A program made the translations under genes and the position numbers. From assembly GCA_002269645.1 (NCBI GenBank), contig NIVC01001463.1, positions 186,001 to 250,000 of the forward strand: 64,000 nucleotides of DNA, in the 5' to 3' direction. The number at the start of each line of letters is the position of its first letter. The first letter of the stretch is position 1. Below the pieces are notes generated by a model that was given only the letters and a program-made list of their open reading frames with translations, was not told where the DNA came from and did not search any database. The stretch is from Macrostomum lignano (lineage: Eukaryota). Positions 49,180 to 60,657 of this stretch are shown here, piece after piece.

Positions 49180-52100
49180 ATGGCAGGACGTGGAGCTTGG
49201 AAATCTGCGAGCCCATCAAGTAGCAACGGGCTAATCCCGTCGCCTCCTGTGCCTCATCACCCAGCTTCCCAGCCAGTCGCGCTGGGTATAGAGACTAATG
49301 CCGCTATTAACACTGGTTTCAATGGCGGCCGTGCTGGCGCCACTGTGTCTAACGGAGCCGTTGCTAGCCCGCCAACTGGGCTTAATTCTACTACTGGATT
49401 TGGCGCTTCTATAGGCTTTGGCGGCAGCGGTGGCGGTGGCGGAGGCGGAGATAGTTCCGGAAGAAGACAAGGTTGCTTCAGGTGCAATGAAACCGGACAC
49501 ATAGCTAGAGATTGTCCCAACCAGCCTTCAGGAGGTGGCGGCAGAGGTGGAGGCGGAGGTGACGGCGCCTGCTACAGGTGCAATGAAACCGGACACATAG
49601 CTAGAGATTGTCCCAACCAGCCTTCAGGAGGTGGCGGCAGAGGTGGAGGCGGAGGTGACGGCGCCTGCTATAGGTGCAATGAAACCGGACACATAGCTAG
49701 AGATTGTCCCAACCAGCCTTCAGGAGGTGGCGGCAGAGGTGGAGGCGGAGGTGACGGCGCCTGCTACAGGTGCAAAGAAACCGGACACATAGCTAGAGAT
49801 TGTCCGAATGCATCAGCCGAAGTTTGCTACAAGTGCAACCAGCCCGGTCACATCGCGCGCGACTGTCCGACTCGCGTTGGTGCCGATGACGCTGCTGCCG
49901 GCGATCCCATAGTGCGGGAGACCTATATACCTACCGAACTCACAGTGGAAGCCATCGCTCGGATGTCGGTTAAGACTGGCGTTAATGCGCTTATCTTTGA
50001 CCAGATTGAGGTTCGTAAATCAGCTTGGCTGGGGGGGGGGGGTTGTAAGCGGCATGAACAATATGCAAGGCGGTTTGATTGCTACTAGGAGCGGAACCTA
50101 GGTAGAATTACCCATCTCCTTGTCAAAAGACCAGATGTGCAACCGACAGCTCAGCCGCAGCTATTGCGCGGCGCATCTGAAGGTACGGCTGTTCAGTCCA
50201 ATGACTGGGGGTCGCCACACACCATCAATTACCCCAGCTAATGCTGGCACCCATTTTACAGTTGGGTGAACTGAAGAAATGCAGAGTTAATGTCTTGCTC
50301 AAGGACACAAATTGTTCCAGTGGGATCGGGAATCGAACCCCCGACATTCAAGTTGTGAGTCCGACGCTCTAACCATTACGTTACAATCCCCTACCATAAA
50401 TTTAAAGGTTAAACATACCTGTAAAAGGTCATTCTTAGTTTTTACTTGGCTACTTAATAAAAAGTAGTATTAATTGTATTTAATATTCAATCTGCTGTCC
50501 GCATTTTACAGGTAGAACTGACCGGTAGCAATAAGCCGCCTCCAATTAAAACGCTGCAAGAGATTGGCGTGCCTGACTCCGTGCTGAAGGTGGTCACCGA
50601 TTCGTTTAAAATCAATAGGCTATTCCCTGTGCAGGCCTATGCTATACCCATTGTAGCGTCTGGCCGCGATCTGCTGGCCTGCGCTCAGACTGGCTCTGGC
50701 AAGACTCTGGCCTATCTACTGCCTATTATTAAAATGCTATTGGATACGCTCAGTACTGATAATACTGTCTTTAATGGAGTCTGCTATCCAACTTCGCTGA
50801 TTGTTGTGCCTACAAGGGAGCTGGCTACTCAGGTAAGAATTGTTGTTGTTGTCTTAGAAAGATTTGGAGGCTCAAAATAATTGATACTGACTCTCTTAGC
50901 TACTGTTAAGTGTAAAGTTAGCTAGGCTTCTGATATAGACCACAGACCAAACCTGTCCTGAAACTGTGTTTCATGTTGACAAAACAAGTTGCAACCTTTA
51001 GAAGGCGAAAACACGATTTGAAATTTTGCCAAAGAGACAGATATGAGGGTTGGCATCTATTCTAACTCATTTCATCATGGCATGCCAACGGCATAGTAAA
51101 ACAGCGACCGCAGACCTTTGATGCATTTGGTGTCCACTCTCTTGGTCGCACGCCAATGTTCGAGCATCACCGTGCGAACTGGGTGCCGCGTGAGCGGACG
51201 GTGGAGCCAATATCTGGAACGCTGACTTAGACAAACTGATTGAGCGCTATCAGAAATGCATCTCGTTAAATGGTGAATTTGTGAAGCAACATAAGCGACA
51301 GTAACAACGATTTGGGTAGCTGTGACTCGAAAATCGTGTTTTGTAACCGACATCAAGTGGTTTAAGATTGATCATAACTTTTGACGCATGTATGCATAGT
51401 GGCGATCTAGAGTTTCATTTTGGGGGGGGGGGCGGTCCAAGTTTGGGGCGCCAGCACGAGTATAAGGGCGCCAGCCAAACCAAAGCTAGGGGGCTCAAAA
51501 AATGCGTGTAGGGAAGCGAAAAATCAAGCTTAGGGCCGCAAAAAATGCGTGTAGGGGAGCGAAAAATCAAGCTAAGGGGCGCAAACTTAGTTTTTTTTGG
51601 GGGGGGGGCGCAATATGTTCTGTCAAGCTATTTTGGCCTTCCGCCCCTAAATCCGCCCCTGCAGAAGAAGACAAAGCCTGACAAGACGAAGGAAAAGAGA
51701 AGCCTGGAAACTTATTAAGTTGGTATTTGAAATATTGTGCTCTTGAAAACGGATGACTTGATACCAGGATTAGCTAATGCTGCAGATAATAAGTACAGCA
51801 ATTTTCTGTATAAAATTTGTGCTCTTATAATCTGACAAATACTGTATATACCCATCTTGCCAATCGCCAATTCTCAGGTGTACGACCAGTGCACCGTCTA
51901 TTTCAAGCCGGTCGGCCTAAAAGTACAGCGCATTCACGGCAGCATCCAGCACGCCCACCTAGTGAAATGCCTGCAGTCCGGCGCACACACCCTGGTTGCT
52001 ACAGTTGGCCGACTGAAAGATTTCATTAATCGCAATTTAGTTAGCCTAGCTAGAACTAAGCTTATTGTACTGGATGAAGCCGACCGGATGCTGGAACAGG

Positions 52101-54822
52101 GATTCCAAGAGGACGTTGTGGCCTTTATGCAATCGGCCGACCAGCGGCGCCAGGTGATCATGTTCTCCGCTACTTACCCGCACTCTGTGCAGACTCTAGC
52201 CGGCAGCTACCTGGCCCAGGACTACTTGTTTTTAAGCATCGGCCGGGTTGGCAAGCCCAGTCCCGACGTGACCCAGGAGGTGCGCGAAGTGTCTCAGGGC
52301 GACAAGGTCGCCACTTTGTTAGCTTTGCTAGCAGAATTTCGCGACCTAGAGCCTAACGGATTTGGCGAGCGAAAAGTTTTGGTGTTTGTCGAACGAAAGG
52401 AGACGGCCAACCTGATTGGCATGCTGCTGTGCGACAAGGGCTTTGAGGTGAGCCATTGAGCGGAGGGACACCTGTCACTCGCATGTCTGCTGTGTCTCTG
52501 CTTGTCTGTCACTCGCATGTCTGCTGTGTCTCTGCTTGTCTGTCACTCGCGTATCTACTGCGTCACTGCTTGTCTGTCACTCGCGTATCTACTGCGTCAC
52601 TGCTTGTCTGTCACTCGCGTATCTACTGTGTGTCTGCTTGTCTGTCACTCACATGTCCGCTGTGTCACTGCTTGTCTGTCACTCGCATGTCTACTGTGTC
52701 ATTGCTTGTCTGTCACTCGCGTATCTACTGCGTCACTGCTTGTCTGTCACTCGCGTATCTACTGTGTCTCTGCTTGTCTGTCACTCGCATGTCTACTGTG
52801 TCATTGCTTGTCTGTCACTCGCGTATCTACTGCGTCACTGCTTGTCTGTCACTCGCGTATCTACTGCGTCACTGCTTGTCTGTCACTCGCGTATCTACTG
52901 CGTCACTGCTTGTCTGTCACTCGCGTATCTACTGCGTCACTGCTTGTCTGTCACTCGCGTATCTACTGCGTCACTTCTTGTCTGTCACTCGCGTATCTAC
53001 TGTGTCTCTGCTTGTCTGTCACTCGCGTATCTACTGTGTGTCTGCTTGTCTGTCACTCACATGTCCGCTGTGTCACTGCTTGTCTGTCACTCGAATGTCT
53101 ACTGTGTGTCTGCTTGTTTACTGTAGTCTCAGATATACTAGAATAAGTTATTCTAGTATCTGTGGTTGTAGGTAAGGAAAGGGCCTGAGTCACAGCTTCA
53201 AATCATGACGAAAATTGATCCGCAGCCAGTGAAGAAGGCAAATCAGTCATATTTTTATGCCTATTTTTCTGACCATTGAGCACGCCATCAAGTCAGGGCT
53301 GCTGTGCACCCTGAGTCAGCGCGCGCGTGCTCAGGGGTCATCAGAATGGGTAATGACTGCTTGCGGCTGCAGTTTTCGACCAATTGTGAAGCTTCGATCC
53401 AGTATTGGAATTTAGGCGTTTATTAATATGATGATATCAGCCTCTATTTGGTTAATCTATGAGTGCACCTGTACTGATCGATTGCTTCGTATTCAACTAG
53501 GCCACCAATAATCACGGCGACCGGCCGCCAGCCGAGCGTCAGCGGGCCTTCTCCGAGTTCCGCAGCGGCACCACACCGGTGATGGTGACTACTAATATGA
53601 TGTCCCGCGGCATCGACATCTCAGGCATATCGCTGGTGATTAATTACGACTTGCCGCAGGATGACTCCAGCTATGTGCACAGGATTGGCCGGACTGGGCG
53701 CTGCGGCAATCTGGGCAGGTGAGGCTATCGTGAGCTTTGTTGCGCTAATCCACCAGCATAGCATCTGTTGCGCTAATCCACCAGCATAGCATCTGTTGCG
53801 CTAATCCACCAGCATCTGCTGTGCTAATCCACCAGCATCTGCTGTGCTAATCCACCAGCATCTGTTGCGCTAATCCACCAGCATCTGCTGTGCTAATCCA
53901 CCAGCATCTGTTGCGCTAATCCACCAGCATAGCATCTGTTGCGCTAATCCACCAGCATAGCATCTGTTGCGCTAATCCACCAGCATAGCATCTGTTGCGC
54001 TAATCCACCAGCATAGCATCTGCTGTGCTAATCCACCAGCATCTGCTGTGCTAATCCACCAGCATCTGTTGCGCTAATCCACCAGCATCTGCTGTGCTAA
54101 TCCACCAGCATCTGTTGCGCTAATCCACCAGCATAGCATCTGTTGCGCTAATCCACCAGCATAGCATCTGTTGCGCTAATCCACCAGCATAGCATCTGTT
54201 GCGCTAATCCACCAGCATAGCATCTGCTGTGCTAATCCACCAGCATCTGCTGTGCTAATCCACCAGCATCTGCTGTGCTAATCCACCAGCATCTGCTGTG
54301 CTAATCCACCAGCATCTGCTGTGCTAATCCACCAGCATCTGCTGCGCTAATCCACCAGCATAGCATCTGCTGTGCTAATCCACCAGCATCTGCTGCGCTA
54401 ATCCACCAGCATTCTTAAGCTCGATCTCACAGCCTTCCTAAGAGTAGTTCCAAGGCATTATTGAGTCAACTCCGCAACTATGTGTAACAAAATCCTCAAC
54501 GACACTATGTTAATCTCCATCCCCCAGATCCATCAGCTTCTTCGATCCCAACGCAGACGGGCCGTTAGCTCACCAGCTGGTCGGCAATCTCCGCAGTGCC
54601 CAACAGCCGGTGCCCGAATGGCTTGAGACAATCGCCGAACGCGAAGGCTGCTCGGGCAACGGCTACGGCGGCCGCGGCCGCGGACGCGGCGAGTATCGCG
54701 ACATTCGACGCGGCATCGGTCGCACCGTCGAAATCATCGACGACAGTTTCGGCCTGGGCGACGGCGGCGGAGCTTTCCAGCCAAGGCCGGCCGATGTGCC
54801 GAACGAGGACGACTGGTCGTGA
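49180..54822 (+). CDS. vasa: Vasa/DDX4-like DEAD-box helicase with five N-terminal CCHC zinc knuckles
   Basis: Exons 49180-50010, 50512-50832, 51878-52447, 53501-53718, 54528-54822 join in frame. [32 protein letters not shown], Gly/RG-rich N-terminus and acidic-Trp C-terminus EDDWS*. Confidence 0.88.
50090..50395 (-). mobile_element. CORE-SINE (tRNA head plus CORE domain) in vasa intron 1
   Basis: CCCATTTTACAG...GAACTGA...AGAGTTAATGTCTTGCTCAAGGACACA (50248-50310) resembles the reverse-strand MIR/CORE consensus; B box (GGAATCGAACC) at 50329-50339. Confidence 0.75.
51080..51390 (+). mobile_element. Tc1/mariner remnant (transposase C-terminus)
   Basis: [19 protein letters not shown] (51230-51290) matches the mariner C-terminal KL..R..KC...NG.Y motif. 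Confidence 0.6.
51397..51661. mobile_element. Degenerate MITE with (C/T)AGTGGCG(G)ATCTA...TAAATCCGCCCCTG termini
   Basis: Imperfect TIRs with internal G-runs; no TSD seen. Confidence 0.5.
52468..53115 (+). repeat. 34-bp minisatellite (TGCTTGTCTGTCACTCGCGTATCTACTGCGTCAC) in vasa intron 3
   Basis: About 19 units starting ~20 bp after the donor. Confidence 0.93.
53740..54412 (+). repeat. 23/28-bp minisatellite (GCTAATCCACCAGCA[TAGCA]TCTG(T/C)TG(C/T)) in vasa intron 4
   Basis: Mixed 23- and 28-bp units starting ~25 bp after the donor. Confidence 0.93.
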
Positions 54823-55324
54823 GCCAGACTGGGGCGCCTCTTGATCGTTAAGAGGACAGTGCAGTCCTGTTGATTCGGCTCATTAATCACTGGACTCATT
54901 TTCATAAAATTTGCCAATTTTTTTAGAAGTCGGAAAACAAACTTTGAACTGCTAGTAATAGCCATCCGTGTTCGGTTTCTCTTGTCGTTTCTTGTTTATT
55001 TTCGTGTATTTGCTTCATGGGTGCTGGTGTGTTAATTATATTTAGTCATATTTTTATAGTTTATAGTAATTATTAATAATAGGACATCAAATTTTGTTCT
55101 TCAACGCTTTTTTTCAAAACTTTATGCGTCATGTCTGGATTTTTAAATGTTGTTTTACGAAAATAGTTCATCTATTTCTCATTTGTAGCTAACATACTTT
55201 AGTTGTCTGGTATATGCCAGCGCGGTTAAACTTCCCAATTTCCGTATAAAAGTGTGACAGTCACATTTTGAATTTGTGATCTGTTTTGTGACCATCAAAA
55301 AATGGTATCAAATTTGACCCTCCA

Positions 55325-56030
55325 TTGTGACCCTCTGATGTGACCGTCAAATGAACGGTCTCTCATGTGACCCTCCAATGTGACCGTCAAATAAACGGTC
55401 TCTCTTGTGACCCTCCAATGTGACCGTCAAATAAACGGTCTCTCTTGTGACCCTCCAATGTGACCGTCCTATAAACGATCTCTCGTGAGACCCTCCAATG
55501 TGACCGTCAAATAAACGGTCTCTCATGTGACCCTCCAATGTGACCGTCAAATAAACGGTCTCTCATGTGACCCTCCAATGTGACCGTCAAATAAACGGTC
55601 TCTCATGTGACCCTCCAATGTGACCGTCAAATAAACGGTCTCTCATGTGACCCTCCAATGTGACCGTCCTATAAACGATCTCTCGTGAGACCCTCCAATG
55701 TGACCGTCAAATAAACGATCTCTCGTGAGACCCTCCAATGTGACCGTCAAATAAACGGTCTCTCATGTGACCCTCCAATGTGACCGTCAAATAAACGGTC
55801 TCTCTTGTGACCCTCCAATGTGACCGTCAAATAAACGGTCTCTCATGTGACCCTCCAATGTGACCGTCAAATAAACGGTCTCTCATGTGACCCTCCAATG
55901 TGACCGTCAAATAAACGGTCTCTCATGTGACCCTCCAATGTGACCGTCAAATAAACGGTCTCTCATGTGACCCTCCAATGTGACCGTCAAAGAAACGGCC
56001 GCTCATGTGACCGATCAATGTGACCCAAAA
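55325..56030 (+). repeat. 40-bp minisatellite (TGTGACCGTCAAATAAACGGTCTCTCATGTGACCCTCCAA), ~17 units, each with a 6-bp hairpin
   Basis: GACCGT/ACGGTC stem within each unit; flanked by TGTGAC-rich degenerate ends. Confidence 0.93.
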
Positions 56031-56659
56031 ATGTGACAAGCAGTGTTACATTTTGATGTGACAAGCAGTGACACATTTTTTACTGTCACTAAAAAATTGT
56101 GACCGTCCCACTTTTATGCGGGCTTGCCAAGCTTGAGAGCTTTGAAAAATCCAAATTCTGTGTTGTCAGCTTTTCCAACTTATTCGAATTTTCATCTAAT
56201 AAACACGATTCTCTGAGTAAAGGTACTATTAGTAGAATATTTAGCCACAAAGACTGGTCTCATTTATATCAGTTTTGCACCTCATTGGCTGGCTGGAAGT
56301 GCCTATAAAAAGCTAAGATTCCGTACGTAAAACACATTGTGTACCAGACTACTTATGAAAGCTTAAGCTGAAGTTTGCATTTTCTGTGCAGCATTTTTTC
56401 ACCCTCGCATGCGCGCTGTTTCTTATCTCAACAATATATATTATATGACATTTTGCTATCCGGTTCTGCAGATGGCAAAGGCCTGATTGAACATCTCTGA
56501 AGTAATACATTTCTTTATTTGGAATTGTTGTCTTAATCCTTTATTACTTTGTATGTACTTTCACCACTTGTACTCGTAGTTTATTGATCTATATCCAGTC
56601 GTTAGGGCCCACCAAGTCAGGTATATTCAAGCAGTTCCAATCTTTGAGTGTATCGCTAT

Positions 56660-56812
56660 TGAGTCTAATGTATCACTACTGAATCTAATGTATCAATATT
56701 TAGTCTAATGTATCACTACCGAGTCTAATGTATCACTACTGAGCCTAATGTATCAATATTGAGTCTAATGTATCACTACCGAGACTAATGTATCACTACT
56801 GAGTCTTATGTA
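56660..56812 (+). repeat. 20-bp minisatellite (GAGTCTAATGTATCACTACT), ~8 units
   Basis: Direct tandem copies just upstream of retroelement 1. Confidence 0.85.
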
Positions 56813-56996
56813 TTGCATCGGTTTGCGCGAGCCCGCGAGGGCTAACCGCTGTTAGTGCAAGGGGGGCTGTTTGGGTGCTGGCTGTATGGTGGGGTGGTGG
56901 GTGCGTTGTGCGTGCGCGTGCCTATTTAGGCCGCCACCTTTGTGGCTGCGCGGGGTTGCTAGCGGTTGAATTTTTTAATTTTTTTTTTGCTGAATC

Positions 56997-58088
56997 ATGG
57001 CAGATAGCCTTGTACTGCCCGCAACTAACAAAGCGCTACGAGAAGCCCTTAGTGAGCGCGGCCTGCCTACTAATGGCAATAAGCAAGAGCTAACAAGTCG
57101 TCTAAAACTCAGCATTGCCAAGGAGCTTGAGCGGCAGGCGTTGGAGCAGGACAGAGGCTCATCTCGTCGTGCTCAAGATGACAAGACATCACCGACGAAT
57201 GCGGGCGCACCCGAGCTAAGTCTGGCTCCACCTGAGGACGAGATGCTACCGGCGGTGGGCGCCTTGGCCGAGGGTCGGGCGGCGACGGGAGGCGGTCTCG
57301 AGGATCAGCTGCGAGAGACTGAACTGCGCATTCGGCTGCTGGACCTGAAAAAAAGAGAGGCTCAGCTCGAAGCCGAGCTCGCTGAAGCGCGTCACAGTGG
57401 CACGGCGGCTGCGAGAGAACGTGATCAGACTCCCGGTGAGTGGCATGATTTGGTTGGCGAGTGTATACTCGGGCAGGCTGGGGCTGCAATTTCGCATGCT
57501 CAGGCGCCGGCGGTGTACAGAGTCGTTGATTTTATCAGTGAGCGTAAGCGGAGACAAGGAAGCCAGTCTGTTGTGGGAGCGGCAAAGCCAGAGAGGTTGA
57601 AACACGTCAGTCCCGAGTCACTGTCGTTTGGCGATTTCATCTCCGGTAGCTGTAACTTACTGGTGCAAATGCTGCGTGATGGCAAACTGCTGCACATTGT
57701 TGATGGCAGAATCGATTCATCCGAGTTGATCGATCATCTCCGACATAACGCTAGAATTGGTGACCTGCTAGATTTAGGCTTCGATCGCATTAAAGTCATG
57801 AGATATGATGACGAATGTCGGCTTCTCCAGCATGATGGAACGCGGTGGAGCGCTGTTAGCGCAGACCTGGGTCTGGTGGCAACACACTTGATGGCACCGA
57901 CAAAAATGATAAATGCAACAGCGCCTAGAAAGCGAACGCAGCCACCTGTCTGTTTCGACTTCAACAGTCTTAGCGGCTGCAACAGAACTCACTGCCGCTT
58001 CGCCCATCAGTGCCGCAGGTGCTCACAGCCGCACTCTGAAGCCCGAGCCCACGCTGATGGGGACCCGGGCCAACTTTCAAAAAACTAG
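56997..58088 (+). CDS. Element 1 Gag-like ORF1: SAP domain, coiled coil, C-terminal CCCH/CCHH zinc fingers
   Basis: NKALREALSERGLPTNGNKQELTSRL (SAP pattern L+..L..RGL...G.K..L..RL); CFDFNSLSGCNRTHCRFAHQCRRCSQPH. Confidence 0.85.
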   Translation: MADSLVLPATNKALREALSERGLPTNGNKQELTSRLKLSIAKELERQALEQDRGSSRRAQDDKTSPTNAGAPELSLAPPEDEMLPAVGALAEGRAATGGGLEDQLRETELRIRLLDLKKREAQLEAELAEARHSGTAAARERDQTPGEWHDLVGECILGQAGAAISHAQAPAVYRVVDFISERKRRQGSQSVVGAAKPERLKHVSPESLSFGDFISGSCNLLVQMLRDGKLLHIVDGRIDSSELIDHLRHNARIGDLLDLGFDRIKVMRYDDECRLLQHDGTRWSAVSADLGLVATHLMAPTKMINATAPRKRTQPPVCFDFNSLSGCNRTHCRFAHQCRRCSQPHSEARAHADGDPGQLSKN

Positions 58089-59971
58089 CGTGCGAGGTGG
58101 GGGCACAGGACTCAATGTCTGCCGCCGGGTCACCCTCCTGTGCCCCCACGGGGGAGCTCTGACCCGAGTTCAACTGAGTTGTCGAGCGACCTTGTGTTTG
58201 CGGTTTGGCGGGAAGAGCTGGCTGGGACCGAGATGCCGGAGGACCGTGTCAGGTTTGTGCTCGATGGTGTGAAGAATGGCTTTCGAATTACTAATAAAGT
58301 TATGGATTGTAAGAACCACACTGAGATGGCAAATCACAGATCAGCTACCATTCACCAGCAAGCTGTTGAGGCCCAGGTGCGCCAGGAGCTCAAGCAGGAC
58401 CGCTACAGGCGCTGCCAGACAGGCAACCGGCCGCTCATCGTTAGTGCACTTGGTGCGATCCCTAAGGCGGATTCGTCTTCCATCCGCCTTATTCACGACT
58501 GCAGCCTGCCAACTGGCGCCTCTGTGAATGATTTCTTTGAGTCGAAACGGAAGTTGCGTTTTACTTCGGCCAGCAACTTTGCCTCGAAGCTGTACAGCGG
58601 CGCGTACATGTGCAAAGTGGATCTGTCGCAAGCATATCGTTCATGTGGTGTGCACCCTGATGACCACCGGGTCACAGGCATGAAGATTCAGCTCCAAGGC
58701 GAGGGCCAGCCAGTGTACCTGTACGACACGTTTGGTGCTTCGGCTTCCGTATTCTGCTTTTACGAGCTGAGCCAAGCTGTGCGTTTTATGATGTTGAAGC
58801 ATGGTTTCTACGCTATGGAGGCCTACATGGATGACTTCGCCTTTTGTGGAGATCTGGAGTCCTGCTGGAAGTTCTACAACCTTCTCATCGATCTGCTCGA
58901 GCGGCTAGGCTTCACCGTAGCAAGTGTGTTCCGCCGACAACGCGGATGACCTTTCTGGGCATTTTATTTGATAGCGTGGCAGGCCAGATGTCTCTTCCTG
59001 CCGAAAAAGTCCAAGACTTGTTGCATGTTTTATCCCTCTGCTCTTCGAAGAAAAGGCTGTCAAAGTCGTGTTTGCAGAAGTTGATCGGCAAGTTAAACTG
59101 GGCGTCGCAAGTTGTTCGGCACGGGAGAGTTTTCCTCCGACCTCTTATCGACATTGTTAACAAGCTGCATCGGCCTCATGACAGGGTTCTTGTTAGTCCC
59201 TCCGTGGTGCACCAACTCTCCTGGTGGCGGTTGGCTTTGCAACATCGCATCGGTGTTGACCTGTGGACTTCGCCGAGGGCTTGTGTTGCCATAGAGACTG
59301 ACTCGTCGTCTTCAGGCGCCGCGGCGGTGCTCCGTGATGGTGATGGGATTCGTGATTGGTGCTTTATTGACTGGCAGATCGACGCAAATGGTGTTTTTCA
59401 GAATTACTGCATCAATTACAAGGAGGCTGTGGTTATATTGCTGGCTGTTTTGAGATGGGGCCAATCCTTGGCTGGTTGTCGGCTTGCTGTGTACTGCGAC
59501 AATGAGACGGCGTGTTGGATTCTAAGGCGAGGTGTCTCCAAGGACTCGCGTCTGATGTGGTTGCTGCAGTCTGTGGCGTTGCTCTGTCTGCGTTTTGACG
59601 TTGAATTTGAGGTCTTTCACGTTCCTGGTGCCTATCAGCTGTTTGCTGATGCAGGGTCCCGCCTGCACTCGCGTCATGAGTTGCTTAACTTTATTTTCCG
59701 TGTTTACGGGTCTGTGCCAGTTTGTCCTGTGGAGTTTTCGAATCACGCGTTTTCTGTTTTTGCCTCCCGTTTTTTATTTTCACAGGCCGCCTCCCTGCAA
59801 CGCCGACCCTCGGCGCCGCCGCCTCCAGCCTCCTCGCCGCAGCATACGCACCGCAGTCACGCAGGGCGATCTCATCGGCCGTCCGGTCCTGGCACAGCTT
59901 CTGCAACGAGAACGGGACCAACCCGGCTCGATCCGACCGGTCGGTGCTACTCAACTACCTGGCTCACCTAG
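58089..59971 (+). pseudogene. Element 1 reverse transcriptase + RNase H with a frameshift near 58920 and an apparent 3-codon loss in the LPFG motif
   Basis: RLIHDCS, KVDLSQAYR, YDT-FGASAS (vs DTRLPFGARAS in element 2), YMDD, LIGKLNWA; RNase H IETDSS, INYKEA, YCDN and ADAGSR lie in a different frame. Confidence 0.85.
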
Positions 59972-60657
59972 TCGAATGCCGCCTGAGATCGTTCAACAGT
60001 CTGCGTGTCCATGTCAGTGCACTGTCCAGCTGGTTCAAAGCCTGTGGTGCTGAGGACCTAACAAAACACCACCTGGTCTCACTGCTCGTTCGCGGCGCTA
60101 AACGGAGGATGGGCCAGCGACCAAGACGGAAGCTGCCGATTTCGCCTGCGATGCTGCTGTCTGTGAAAAACCGGCCTAACTCGAGCAGTTCGCTTGACAG
60201 AGTCTGCTGGCTTGTGACGCTTATTGCTTGGTGGGGGATGTTTCGGCGCTCCAGTCTCCTGCCCAGTCAGCAGTCCGCTTCACCGATCTCCGTCTCAGCC
60301 TTTCAACGCCACCCGAAGGGGGTTGTGCTCTCTGTCAGTTATGGCAAGACGAATCAGTTCGGCGCGAAGCTGCACCGGGTGTTGCTTCCAAGGCTAAAAG
60401 ATGGACATCCGCTTTGCCCAGTGGCTGCGCTAGAGGGTCACCTCCGTGTCAGCAAGCTTGGCTGCAGGCAGCCTGTGTTCTCCTACCAGTTGGCGAGCGG
60501 ATCCTCTGTTGTCCTGTCTGCCTCAAGATTCGACAAGTACCTCAAGCGCTGCCTAGCAACTGCTGAGCAGGACGCTCGTTCTTTCTCAGCGCACAGCCTG
60601 CGCAGAGGTGGTGCCACCTGGGCCTACCGTCTCGGACTATCTGTTTGTGATAAATAG
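59786..60657 (+). CDS. Element 1 tyrosine recombinase; no ATG of its own; truncated after the H-x-x-R motif
   Basis: N-terminal helical domain (YAPQSRRAISSAVRSWHSFC), MFRRSSL, YGKTNQ, CPVAAL and AHSLRRGGATW; the catalytic Tyr region is missing. Confidence 0.88.

Larger units (their letters stand above)
56820..60645 (+). mobile_element. Tyrosine-recombinase retrotransposon (DIRS order, Ngaro-like), element 1; damaged and 3'-interrupted
   Basis: Order gag - RT/RNase H - YR with the RNase H and YR frames overlapping; 5' boundary approximate. Confidence 0.9.

Noticed and set aside
52456-53175. Cys-rich 196-239 aa ORFs
   Set aside because: 34-bp intronic minisatellite within vasa.
55339-56020. 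Resemblance of the CCGT...ACGGTCTC hairpin to the 5' stem of flatworm spliced-leader exons (from memory)
   Set aside because: No AUG|GU donor followed by an Sm site, and the 40-bp unit is too short for an SL RNA gene.
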